Shown here: one piece after another, positions 48,983-60,943 of the stretch
How the letters are laid out: each line of letters opens with the position of its first letter
How positions within the stretch are numbered: the first letter of the stretch is position 1
Origin: Blepharisma stoltei ATCC 30299
Lineage: Eukaryota; Protista; Ciliophora
Length of the DNA: 64,000 nt
Direction: 5' to 3'
NCBI GenBank assembly: GCA_965603825.1
Contig: CBFDEM010000001.1
Coordinates: 620,001-684,000 of the forward strand
The notes under the pieces: generated by a model
What the model saw: only the letters and a program-made list of their open reading frames with translations
Told to the model about the DNA's origin: nothing
Databases searched by the model: none
Made by a program: the position numbers and the translations under genes

Positions 48983-49419
48983 GATTGATTATAAGCCAAT
49001 GCTAAAATGGCTGATTAAGTTCTAAGAAATAAAAGAAGCTATCAAATTTCATTTGAGTCGATTTTTCTTGGATATAAACAGGCAATGCTGAGACAGAGAA
49101 AATAAAGTTTGATCAATCAAAAAAACATCAATTAAACTCTTAAATTGCGATCTGAAGAGGAGTAGAAGAAAGTATTTTGGAATTATACATTTCGATTTGT
49201 GCAATAAAAGTCCCCAAAAATAATACATATATATAAATTGTTGTTAGGCACAATAATTTCAAAAGCATACGGTTTATAAGGAATAAGAAAATTTATCGAA
49301 TAATTCAATTTACTTAAATGAGCATGAGAAAGTGATTTTGAAAAGCTGTTTGTGTATTCAAGCCCAAAATATCAAATGATGTTAACAGTAGAAGAGCAAC
49401 TAATGTCTCTCTTACTTAA

Positions 49420-50310
49420 TTATTCAAAATAAATTACTGCTCTCCCATTTGGTGGCTGAAGCTCTCTATAATTTCCTTTCCCTCCCGCAAAGGCAGGATT
49501 CATCCCCCACTGCCTTGCGAAAAATTCCAGCTGCTCTCTATTCACCGACAGAACATGTCCAACTACAAACCAAAGCACAGTCTCAAACGCAGGCGGTGTC
49601 GTCAGCGATCCTTCATAATAAAACACTCCTGACTTCTGCGGAATTAATAAATTCATATCTATATAAGTTGGCTCCAAAGAGCTTCTTATCACCTGATCAA
49701 TAAATGGGTTTCTGACTCCATCCTCTTTAAATACGAACCCAAGCACAGCAATATTATTAGTATTGCTCCTTTCCTTATGAACTACATGCATTTCTAAATC
49801 ATATCTCCGACCGTTCAGTAAATGTTCAGAAGGTGCATGAAAGTGAAACTGAGCCTCATCAAAAATTCTTGACTGGTCCTGATGGATAAAAGAATTAACT
49901 GCGAGGTTCCCTAAATTTCCTTGGACTATGAAAGTTTTAGCATTAAAATTCCCTTTCAGAGAAGTAGGATGGTAGTGAAGTCTAATTGGGAAATGAGGCC
50001 GATGCAGGAATTCTGCACTTTTAAAAGTGATGTCAGGGTCAATGTTGATAGGAGATTGGAAATAGCCGATGTGGCAGATCCTACACCATTCAGCTTCGTG
50101 ATGAGCTCCGTACTCCCATTCATCTTCTTCAGGCCAACGCCCAGTTTGGGTTTGGTGAAAATCCAGCGCTCTTAGGGGCTTTACTACAGCTTCAAGCTGA
50201 TTTGGGTTCATAAAACTATTTGGCTTAATTTTTGCTTCAACTGCCAATCTATGCTGGTCAGTATCATTATAATTATAGCTTGGGTAAGGAATATATTGGC
50301 CTTGATCCAT
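49420..50310 (-). CDS. Alpha carbonic anhydrase (paralog 2)
   Basis: QSPINI, QFHFHAPSEH, LEMHVVH, YEGSLTTPP, NYRELQP. Confidence 0.94.
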   Translation of the reverse strand: MDQGQYIPYPSYNYNDTDQHRLAVEAKIKPNSFMNPNQLEAVVKPLRALDFHQTQTGRWPEEDEWEYGAHHEAEWCRICHIGYFQSPINIDPDITFKSAEFLHRPHFPIRLHYHPTSLKGNFNAKTFIVQGNLGNLAVNSFIHQDQSRIFDEAQFHFHAPSEHLLNGRRYDLEMHVVHKERSNTNNIAVLGFVFKEDGVRNPFIDQVIRSSLEPTYIDMNLLIPQKSGVFYYEGSLTTPPAFETVLWFVVGHVLSVNREQLEFFARQWGMNPAFAGGKGNYRELQPPNGRAVIYFE

Positions 50311-50445
50311 TTATACCTTTATCTTGTTAAGATAAATTACCATTTATTCGACAAACCAATTTTCCTCTATTTCGTTAAAATTCGCTTTATTTTATGAATA
50401 AATTATGATAAGTCAGCTGATTATTCTCTTTAATATTCTATCCAA

Positions 50446-51819
50446 TTAATTTATAAAACTTCCAACCCATTCTGAGCTTCTTGGTAGCTCTTCCCTTGTT
50501 ATAATATGAAACTCATCAGCAAAAGCTAAGGGATCTCTGGCTTCTAGTTTGAGTATTAAGTCCATTCTTTCCATACATACAAAAGTGCTGTTCAAGAAGT
50601 TGTACAAGTGGTTGGCATCTGGATTTAGTGAAAGAGCGCAGAGATAGTATCTTGCAGCATTGACATAATCTTTAGAATTGACATAAGAAATCCCTATGTT
50701 AGTCCACGTTCTCACATAGTCAGGCCTAAGCTCTAATGCTTTATAATAACATTGCAGAGCCTCTTCCCATTTTCCTTGCTTTGCTATTGAAGCTCCTAAG
50801 CGATTTCATAATGCAGCATCATCAGGTCTCAGCAATAAAGCATCATGAAAGGAATGTTCTGCATCTATTAGCTCGTCATCCAAAAATCGAAGTACCCCTA
50901 AAGCTTGGAACAAATCTGGGTCTGTTGGATTTTTATCAATTGCGTTTGAAAATGCTGCTTTAATCCCATCTTTTGTAGGCGAAAAAGGTAATTGAATTCC
51001 GCAGTATTCAGGATGGTTTTCAAGCCAAGCTTTCAAGTAACCTAAAGCTTCGTCTTCCTCATACTCATTTGTGCAACTTATACCAAGACTCATAAGCAAG
51101 TCTAAATTATAAGGATCTATTGCGATTCCTCTTTTCATTGCTGCTATTGCACGAACGTCTTCATCATTTTCGGCATGCAGTTTCCCTAGCATGGCCCATG
51201 CTTCAGAATTCTCAGGATTTCTATGAAGTTCGGCTTCTAGCAATAAAATTGCTTCTGGGGTAAGCCCAGTTTTTATTTTTTCTAAAGCAGCTTCAAAAGG
51301 ACTGTTTTCTTCTAAAAATGGGTTTTCCTCGTTGAATGCATACTCCGATGACTTCTTTTCCCATTCTTTTCCTCACCTTACCAGCATTTCTTGATATTCT
51401 GGATTCGCCATATCCCATAAAGTCTCAAATTTTTCTTCTTCTTCAGCCGTGAGCCCTTCTCATACCTTTTCAAGTTCTCCTTTTTCTTCTTCTTTCCCCA
51501 TATTTCATACTTCTTCAAGGCCTTGCTCGCCCTTATTTTCCCATGCAGTTTGCATTTGGTCTTCTATTTCAGCTTGATAATTAGAGGCTTGCTGTATGTG
51601 CCACTGTGCTTCTAATTCAGCTTGGTGAGGATCCATAATCCCTGCGTCTTCTCATGCGTCTTCAAAGTGATCATGCAAATCGACATTGAATTGTGAATCT
51701 ATTGTGTTCATTTGTCCAGCAATCATAAGGTTTTCCATTGCTTTCATTAGTGGATTTTGGATCATTTGACCATCTGCAGAGCATGCTGCATTTCCGAATA
51801 AGTTGTTGGGAAAGTCCAT
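50446..51819 (-). CDS. PEX5: Peroxisomal PTS1 receptor (TPR protein), 457 aa
   Basis: N-terminal Cys motif AACSADG..NPL, acidic Trp-rich linker, YAFNEENPF, and TPRs including LWNRLGASIA...ALELRPDYVRTWTNIGISY. Continuous with TGA=W. Confidence 0.9.
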
Positions 51820-51894
51820 TTATAAATTTGTAAAAAATTAGCAGTAGTTTATTATAAAATTTAAAAGAAATTCGATTGATTATAAAACATTTTA

Positions 51895-54246
51895 TTATTG
51901 CTTCAGTTTCATTAATTTCGCTGAAAGTTGAGAGGCTAAATCATCAGATCTGCTTCGATCCTTTTTCACAATATACCGGTGAGCGATATCTACACTGTTC
52001 AATACTCGTGGGACAGAGCAAGTCATGTCTGATCCTCTTGGAAATGACAAATCGCTTCCAAAATCTCCAACTATTCCTTGTCCCCATCCATAAACCTTGC
52101 CACTTTTAGCTAGGCAGATCATGTGGCTTTCTCCGCACTGAATATCAATTATCATCTCATTCCCCAAACTGTTGATTAAAGTCGGAAAAGAGACTCCTTT
52201 TACATTGATTCCTAAGCCCAGCTGTCCTTGTTCTCCATTGCCCCATACATAAATTTCTCCAGACTCTGTTAAGCAAGCTGAATATATAGATCCAGCTGAC
52301 ACTTTAATTGGCTTTTTATTAGGAATTTTCAGTTCTTTTATAGCTGTCGTCATAACTCCTTCCTTCAAGTCAGAGGCTGAAATTCCTAATTGTCCATCCT
52401 CAGCCCAGCCAAAGACATTGAGCTTCCCATTACTATCAAGCACCAATGTATGGGCCTGACCACAGGCAATTCCTTTGCACTTTTTTAATTCTCTGATTTT
52501 CATCGGAATCAGCGCGACATGTCCGATCTCATCTTTTGCCATTCGGGATAAGCTTATACCAAGCTGATGCACATCATTTCGGCCCCACACCCAAACTTGG
52601 CCAATTTCAGAAAGGGCGACATTATGGTAGCCTCCACATTCAAGATAAGAAATATTTTCCTGGAATAAAGAATTTATTAATGTAGGAGTTGTGTATGAAT
52701 TTGTGTCGCCATGGCCTAAGCAGCCTGAAGAGCCATAGCCCCATGTGAAAACTTTCCCATCTCTTGAGACTGCTGCACAGTGCTCAAAGCCACAAGAGAT
52801 CCATTTCACAGGGTTATGGCCGAACTCCCTCAGAATTTTTGCAGAAAATAGAGTGTTTAGCAGAGAATTTTGGTCTTCTAGGTAGATTAAAGCTCGGCTT
52901 TTTCCTTCGTAGTTTGAAAATTCTAAAGTGGGAACCGTTGAAAACCCGCAGGCAGCAACTGAGAACTGTATAGAGATGACTTTAAGCTCTTTATTGTTTT
53001 TTCTCGTATCAGATCCAGAGTCTACACTTTCTTCACAGACAACTATTTTTTGTAGGATTGGGGAATTCATATCTTGATACTCAAAGTCGTTTCCTTTTTG
53101 CTGAAAAACTGCTTTAGGATAACAGTCTTCAGTTGGAGATTGATCTTTAGCACTAGTCGCCAACTTTGCCTTGCTTGCTGTCTGCCCATTTAAAAAAAGC
53201 CTATTTGCAGCACTAACTCTTATCGACCCTTCATCCCCAGGTGGTGGACTCGCATCACTTTCAGCAATTGAAAATCTCTCAATTTTCGCTTTTTTCAAAG
53301 CTTCAATTGACCTAAACAAGAATTCGCTATTTTCTCCATCTTCTTCAGGAAGCAATTCTGCCACACAGCTAGGTGTGGTTTCATAAGCCTCATCAAGACT
53401 TTCAAAACTTTCTTTTGCTTCTTGAATTGCTATTGGCTTTATATTTCCATCAAATAAAATCTCACTTGGCTCAATGCTGTCCTGATTAAAAAGACTCTCT
53501 TCAGCTTGCATGCTGACTCTTGTGTCGAAAATTGGCCTACTATCTCTAAATGTTGTATTTTCCTCACTATCTTCATCACTTCCTAATGAACTTTCAGGGG
53601 TAATTGAATGCAAATGCATGTCGTTGTCTTGTTTGCAAGCAAAATTTCTTTGTAATTGCATTATAATTGCTTTTGAGTTGATTGAAATTTCTTGCTTGTC
53701 GATTTCGCTTAGGACTGCTGAAGATTCCATTGAGTTTTCCATTGTAAAAGAATCCTTTGCCAGCTCATCAACGAGGTTAAAAAGCTCGACTTCGCTTTGA
53801 AGAGAGGCCCGGGATAAGAGAGCCTGAGAATAAGTGCTGCCATTGTTGATAGAATTTCTTGGGATTCCTATAGAGCTTTGGTCAGTTTCTAATGGATTAA
53901 CAACATCTTGGGCGTTTCCGCGTCTGAAAGGACTTTTGTCGTGAAGGAAAGTCAAGGCTGATTTTAAGCTGATTAAGTCTGCAGATATAAAATCCTGACG
54001 ATCAAGGATGGCTGTGAGGTTTCTTTCTTTTGATGAAGAAATTATTGGAAATTTGTATAGTGGATCTACTGGAAATGATTGGAATTTAGAAGGAAGATTT
54101 GGGGAAATTAATAATCCGTTGTATGTAGGAGAAGATTGAAGTAGGAGAGAAGAGAGAGAAAGGCAAGCATGATGAGTGTAGTCTTCGTTATGAGTGAGAT
54201 GGGCTGATGATTTTTGGTTGCGTTGAGCTGAATATGATGGCTCCAT
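51895..54246 (-). CDS. RCC1-repeat beta-propeller protein with long acidic/Ser-rich N-terminus, 783 aa
   Basis: ISCGFEHC..VFTWGYGSSGCLGHG, CGGYHN..VWGRNDVHQLG and other RCC1 repeats. Confidence 0.9.
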   Translation of the reverse strand: MEPSYSAQRNQKSSAHLTHNEDYTHHACLSLSSLLLQSSPTYNGLLISPNLPSKFQSFPVDPLYKFPIISSSKERNLTAILDRQDFISADLISLKSALTFLHDKSPFRRGNAQDVVNPLETDQSSIGIPRNSINNGSTYSQALLSRASLQSEVELFNLVDELAKDSFTMENSMESSAVLSEIDKQEISINSKAIIMQLQRNFACKQDNDMHLHSITPESSLGSDEDSEENTTFRDSRPIFDTRVSMQAEESLFNQDSIEPSEILFDGNIKPIAIQEAKESFESLDEAYETTPSCVAELLPEEDGENSEFLFRSIEALKKAKIERFSIAESDASPPPGDEGSIRVSAANRLFLNGQTASKAKLATSAKDQSPTEDCYPKAVFQQKGNDFEYQDMNSPILQKIVVCEESVDSGSDTRKNNKELKVISIQFSVAACGFSTVPTLEFSNYEGKSRALIYLEDQNSLLNTLFSAKILREFGHNPVKWISCGFEHCAAVSRDGKVFTWGYGSSGCLGHGDTNSYTTPTLINSLFQENISYLECGGYHNVALSEIGQVWVWGRNDVHQLGISLSRMAKDEIGHVALIPMKIRELKKCKGIACGQAHTLVLDSNGKLNVFGWAEDGQLGISASDLKEGVMTTAIKELKIPNKKPIKVSAGSIYSACLTESGEIYVWGNGEQGQLGLGINVKGVSFPTLINSLGNEMIIDIQCGESHMICLAKSGKVYGWGQGIVGDFGSDLSFPRGSDMTCSVPRVLNSVDIAHRYIVKKDRSRSDDLASQLSAKLMKLKQ

Positions 54247-54468
54247 TTAAAAAGGTGATAATATAGAAAATCATTTGCAAGTTTAAAAATATTTTGAGAG
54301 CTAAATGATAAAAAAATCATATTCTGTGTTGATTCAAGGAAATTTCTTATAATAGATTAATATTAAAAATAATTTTATGAGGCTCTGAAATCGAAGAAAT
54401 TAAAATTAAGAAAATTTACTTCTAAAATAAGTGATCAAACTTATAATTTTAATAAAGATAATTTGTAG

Positions 54469-57400
54469 ATGGAGAGCTCAAAAGATAGAAAAGACCAGAG
54501 AAATCTTGCACTTGAGTCAGTATTTAGAGCGTCAAACAATCAGATTAACCAAAATTTCCAACGAGCCCAAACTCATACAGCCACTAACCAAGAAGAACCA
54601 AAACAAATCCCAACAAGCAATCACAATCCTTCCAGCCACACTGAAGAACCAAAGACCAAAAAAAATCCGATGGCAGCTTATAAATCCCCGCAATCTACCC
54701 TCAAACCAGAAACTCAAAAAGCTAGAACTCCAATTGAAGGAGCCAAAGTAGCCACGCCAATAATTCCTCAAAATGAGCGAGTTGTGGAAGCAAAAGAAAA
54801 AAGTACTTCTTCGTCTTCCAGAAATTCAGTTCCAAAAATAGAGGAAAATAAATCGTTTGGAGACATTAAGCCAACTGATACGAAAGATTTAATCAATTGT
54901 ACAAAAATTACAGAAAACGAAGTTAGGCTAATTAGAGAAACTAACTTTCCAGTCAAGAAAAGCACAAAAAACCCTGAAGCAAATCCTGCTCAATCTGTTC
55001 AAGTAAAAGATTCAAGCAAATCAGAAGCACCTCCTATAAGGAAAAGCGAAGGAGAATGAAATGATCGGCATGAAGTTAATAAAGAAGAAATGAGACGGAT
55101 CTTTTCAAGTGAAAGCAAAGCTTCACCAGATCGCAATCCGATAACCTCTCAAACGAGAGTTGAAGCGAAAACGCATTCTAAAGTTACTGGAAACGGACTT
55201 ATTTCAAGTGAGATCATACAATTTAAAGACAAGAACCAAGAAATTAAGCAGAATAATAGTTTTCAAGCCACTTCAACAAACCAAGTTTCTGTGAATCAGA
55301 AACCAGTTCAAATTGTTCCGCCACCTCGCCCATTAGCTTCAAACCCACCACCTCTCCCATTAGTTTCAAACCCACCACCTCAGCCAGAGAAAATGCATTT
55401 TTTTGCAAAGCCAGCTCAAATTGTTCCAAACCCTCTAAATAAAGTAGCAGATGATAGAAATATCGTTCAAAATGGCAATGTGCAGCCTCAACCGCCTTTG
55501 ACAAATAATCAAATTTTACAAGCAGGCCAATCAAAAGATAAAGCCCCTTCTCTAAACACAATTTTGGGAAAGTTGAAAAGTCCTTCTCAGGTGCCCAGCC
55601 AGCAGCCCGAAAGCCAAACTAGTACGCCAAGTTCGTATCCTTCCTCAGCTTTCAAGCAGCAGCCAAATAGTCAAACTAGTATAACAAATCAATATCCTTC
55701 CTCCGCACCCAAACAGCAGCTAGCTAATCAAAACAATTTGTCTTCTCCATTTTCTGCTTCAGTCCCCAAGCAACAGGAACTTAACGAAAGGAATTTTGCT
55801 AATTCATCCAAAGCATCCTCGCAACACTCGCTTGATCAAAGCAATTGGTCTTATGATAATCCTTCTCCAGCACCCAGGCAGCCGCCAGAAGACAAAAGCA
55901 ATTTGGTGCCGAATCAAGTTCCTTCACAAGCCAAACCGCAATCATTTCTTCAAAGCAACGTGCCTAGTGCATACTCATCTTCAACGCTCAAGCAGCAGGC
56001 AACAAATCAAACTAACGCTCCTAATCCATGCTCTTCCCCAGCCACCAAACAACAGGAACCTAACCAAAACACCTTTGCTAATCCATCCTCAGCATCCTCT
56101 CAATCATCTTTTAACCAAAACAACCGACCTTATGATAATCCTTCTCCAGCACCCGGGCAGCTGCCAGTAAACAAAAGCAATGTCGCGCCAAATCAACTTC
56201 CTTCACAACCCAAGCCGCAATCATTTCTTCAAAGTAACGCGCCTAGCTCATATTCCTCCTCAACACCCAAACAGCAGGCAGCAAATCAAAACAATGTTCT
56301 TTCCCCAGCCCTCAAGCAGATACCGCTTAGTCAAAACAACATTTATAATCCAAATCCTTCCCAAACTATCAAGGCACCACTTAGTCAAAACAATGAAAAT
56401 CTGAACAATAGAAATCCTTCTCCAGCGCATATGCAGCCAATAAGCCAAAACAACTTTAAAAATGATTTTTATTCAGCTTCAAAGCCTAGCTCAGAAAGTT
56501 CCAGTAAACCCAATTTTTCATCAATTCCACGTGACATTAGCCCGATAGTCTACAATCGAGATTCATCTCCATATTCATATCCATTTGATAGATATTCAGA
56601 TCCATTTGATAGATATTCAGATCCAATCCAGGACAACCCATGGTCTCAAATCCCAAATGGAGGGAAACCGCTTTATCAATTTGCAAATAACTATAGTCAG
56701 CAAGCCCAAGATAAAAAGGCTGAAATACCGAATGCATGCAGGAGCGCAAATAATTTTGATAATCAGCGTCTAAGAGATGCCAGGCCACCAATCAATATAC
56801 CACCCCCACCTCTCTATTCTTCAGAAATTTCTCCATATGACAGCCAAACTAGTCCTTACGAGGACCCCCATTTTATTTCAAATCCATTCATGCCTAATAG
56901 CTTTCCCATAAAAAGATCAGTAAATTATGACGAACTCTTTAATTATGTGCTTGACTTTCAGTTTGTCAAAGCAGGGCTAGATGCTATGGACCCTCCAGAA
57001 ATTCCAAGCATCTTTAATAGCCCACATGATTATGAGAAGTGGCTGAAGCCTGCATTCTACGAAGAGTTTGATGTCTATCTGATGCGGGCTTATAATGAAA
57101 TAAATAAAGCACCGTCAATCACATCAAAGCTAGAAATTCACTCTGATTATGGGAAAATCAGGAAATCTTACTACGAGGAATCACTTCAAAACCATGATGT
57201 TCTAATAATGATTCCTGAAAGCCTGATCGGCCGTTCCAATCCTTTACAGTATATGGAATATAAGAACTTTTATAAGATTGGAATTATAAATAAGTTGCCA
57301 CCCCCCAAAGGAACAAGGATCATATGAAATAATGGGAGAGCTCTTGAGCCGTATGAAGAGGAAAACTTTCGTATTTATACCCTTGATAAGATGATTTCAT

Positions 57401-59043
57401 CAAGCCGAGAATTTTCGATTTTCCAGCTTTTTCCTTCTTTTAAGCTTCAAAATTACGTGCTATCGCCGAATCTGGCGGTAAAAGAACCATTATCGGATGA
57501 ATTGTTGGATTACATCGCAACCATTCACCATGAATTCAATGAATTTCAATTTGATGCTATTAGAGAAATTCTACAGGTAACTGAAGGGATATCACTGCTT
57601 CAAGGTCCTCCTGGGACTGGAAAGACTAAAACCATTATAGGAATTCTTTCTGGATTTTTAACTAAAACTAGGCTGCGTAAGTTCCCAAATATCCTGATAT
57701 GTGCGCCAAGTAACATCGCAATTGATGAAATCGGACTCAGGATAGTAAGAGACGGACTTTTTATAGGAGGCCAAGATCCTGAAAGCATTATGATCATAAG
57801 AATTGGCAAAAGAAAACATTGGGAAGGAAAAGATAATGATAATGAAGAAGTAGACGAAATCAAGTCTATAAGGCTAGAATTTCTTATTGAGCAAAAGCTA
57901 AGAGAGCTCAATAAAAAAGATACAAGAGAAGATATTGAAAGCGTAAATAAGCAAATTAATGAATTTAAAGGATTGGTGGATTTTGATGAAGATGCAACTG
58001 AGTTAAATGTGTTTATCGAGCAATTACAGCAAGAATTAGTTCAACTTAAAAAACAATTGAAAGATTACAATGATGCTAAGAAGTCTATAAGAGCTGACTT
58101 AGTGAAAAGGGCTAATGTGGTTTTAACAACCTTGAGCGGTGCTGGCTCTGAAATGCTAAAAGCTAAAACTTTCGATTATGTAATTATCGATGAGGCTTGC
58201 CAATCAATAGAACTCAGCTCATTAATTCCTTTTCAATACAATCCCAAACATGTAGTTTTAGTAGGAGACCCAAACCAACTTCCAGCAACTATGCTTTCAG
58301 AAAAGTCCGAAAAAAATAATTTTGGCCGCTCTTTATTTGAAAGACTAGCAACAAATGGGGCTGAATATAACTTCCTTAACACTCAGTACAGAATGAATCA
58401 AGAAATTTGTGCTTTCCCAAGCAACTGCTTTTATAATAGCAGACTGGTATGCGCTCCAGGGTTCTTTGAGAGCCGACCAATTCCAGAATGAATTAATCCT
58501 TCAGGGATTATGCTTTTCGATTTAGCATCTTCTGAAGAAAGAAAAGAAGACAGCGAGACAAGCTTCTACAACCGAGAAGAAGCAATATTTATAGAAGAAA
58601 TCTACCGTTATATAAAAACTAGATCTTCAAGCAAAAATATCGAAATAGGGGTAATCACACCCTATGCGAAGCAAACTGAAACAATTCAAACACAACTTAC
58701 TAGATTTCATCAGAAAGAATGGGAAAAGCATATAGAGGTTGGGACTATAGATGGGTTTCAAGGAAGGGAAAAAGATGTGATTATTTTATCGCTGGTAAGA
58801 ACTGAAGGGATTGGATTCTTATGGAACAAAAAGAGGATTAATGTCTCGCTTACAAGAAGCAAGTTTGGGCTCTGGGTAATTGGAAAGGCGGACTGCCTAA
58901 TATCTGATGAAACTTGGGGAGCATTTATTCAGCATTGCCAAAGCCAGCAGAAACTTGTAACATGCTATAGCTTTAATGATGTTGCCCATTATTTTTCAAA
59001 GGAAAGTGCAAGTCATGTTGAAAGTGATTATCATTATGATTAA
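54469..59043 (+). CDS. SF1 helicase, Sen1/Upf1 (DNA2-NAM7) family, with long low-complexity N-terminus, 1524 aa
   Basis: QGPPGTGKT, CAPSNIAIDE, IIDEACQ, VGDPNQLP, SLFERL, QYRM, ITPY, DGFQGREKD, NVSLTRSK. Joined through TGA at 55057, 57325 and 58489. Confidence 0.92.
55740..56300 (+). repeat. 279-bp (93-aa) imperfect in-frame tandem duplication in the helicase N-terminus
   Basis: TATGATAATCCTTCTCCAGCACCC at 55852 and 56131; CCGCAATCATTTCTTCAAAG recurs with the same period. Confidence 0.85.
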
Positions 59044-59756
59044 TATATGCGAATCTTATTAATAATATATAAATTGAGATTTAGGCTGATAATCGAAAGA
59101 TAATTCAAATTTTAATCTGAAAATATGCTTTTTAAATTCTATCTAGTTTAGTGTAAAGACACTTATTGCATGCTCACTATATATAGCTTAATCATCTTTA
59201 TAATTTTCCTATTTGTATGATCTGAGGTAGACAGTGATGTACTTTGTCATCAATTATCAAAAAAGTGAGCTAGAGATATTAGCATTGAGGTTTAAGTAAA
59301 ATTTAGTTAAATGAAGACCAAAGGTAAGTTATAAAGCAATGGAACTCTTAAAGAAATTTGTTTTGAAGCGAATAGCAGTTCGCAATTCAAAGGAGAGCTA
59401 TTCTTGCCTAAAATACTGAATAGGATAATATGGAGCCAAAATTTTGAAATCAACTCGAATTGCTTAATTCCCAAAAAATTTGACTGTAGAATCTCTAATT
59501 GATGAAATAAGAGATTCTCAAAGCTGTCTCAGTCAAAATTCTAACGATCAATCGTTGAATCCTCAACAATTGAAAAACAAAAGATCTGTCACTTTGAGGA
59601 GATCGAATAATAGAGAAATAGAGAAAGAGTTAAAAGACCTTGCTTATTAAATAAAGAGATTTCTAACTATAGTAAAATATATATTTTAACACTTTTTGCA
59701 GTAATCAAAAATAGTGTTCAAATGCCTTTAAGTGGTAAAGATCCATTTATAATTTA

Positions 59757-60943
59757 ATGATCAAAAGTGAAGCAATCTTTTGTCTCTTCTACCTGACATT
59801 CCTATTCGCTTCACATTCAAAGGCTGAGAATATTAGCGATAAAATTCAAAATGACCTAAAAGACCATATATATTATCATGTATTCTTTGTTGAGGATTCT
59901 TTCAATAATATTAATTCAGCTGAGAACCTCAGATTTAAAAATGAGCCTCTGCTTGAAGCTCTTTCAAAACAAGCTTTTTCAAGACTAATTACTAATAATT
60001 TTAGCTTTGAAGAAGAAAAATCTTGCAAAAGATATTATAATGCTTTTTCAACTAAAACAAGCGAAGAATATATTTTGTTTCTTTTAGGCAAAATTAGCCA
60101 AGATGATAAGATCAGCCTAAAAAAATGCAAAAATCATAGCATTTATCTTGCATTTTTAAATATTGATGATATCAAAAACATCAGAGAAGTTCTCATAAGT
60201 AAAGATCTTAATATCGAAAACTACTATGAAAAAGAAATTCGTTTTGAGCACATAAATATAAATGAACTGATAATGATTGTAGATTCAGAAATGCTTTCCC
60301 AAGATTGCAATCCTACAATAAGCCAATGCAAAAACTGCACTCAAGCCAGCCCTGAACTCTGTGATCAATGCAATACTGGATACTATTTAAGTTCGTTTGG
60401 TAATGAATGCTGCATTTCTCCATCTTGCAATACTTGCCCAGAAACAATGCTTGCAATTCTTGTATGCCAGGCTATTATCTTCATGATCCAAACTGTCTGC
60501 CCTGCCCAAATGGTTGCTCAATGTGTAATGGGCCAGATTTATGCCTAGGATGTTTTGATCAGCCTAATTCTATTATATCCAACAATAAGTGCTTTTGTAA
60601 AGATAAAAACGCAAGTTTTATTAATAATAAATGCGTATGCAATGGCAGATTCTTCTCTAATAATGGAGTATGCTCGCCTTGTGGAAAAGGATGTGAAATT
60701 TGCCTATCTGAAACAAATTGTCTTGGCTGCTTTGATGATCTTGATATGGCAAATGAAGGAAATGGAAAATTCAGATGCATTTATTCGGGATATGTTTTTA
60801 ATGAAACAGCTCATATGTGTGATTGCCCGAAGAATTGGATCCCTCAAGGTCTCCAATGTGTAGAAAATGATAGTGGGTCGGGAAATAATTTAGTAGTTTC
60901 ATGGGCTCTATTAATATTTGCTGTGATTAGCATAGCTAATTAA
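59757..60943 (+). CDS. Secreted, probably GPI-anchored Cys-rich (furin-like CxxC) surface protein with an apparent frameshift near 60430-60445
   Basis: Signal-like N-terminus and CxxC repeats in frame 1 continue as CNSCMPGYY..CPNGCSMC in another frame. Hydrophobic C-terminus SGSGNNLVVSWALLIFAVISIAN. Confidence 0.65.

Noticed and set aside
60400-60441. 42-nt GT..AG candidate intron to repair the surface-protein frameshift
   Set aside because: Its length is a multiple of three, so it does not change frame, and it far exceeds the 15-nt norm here.
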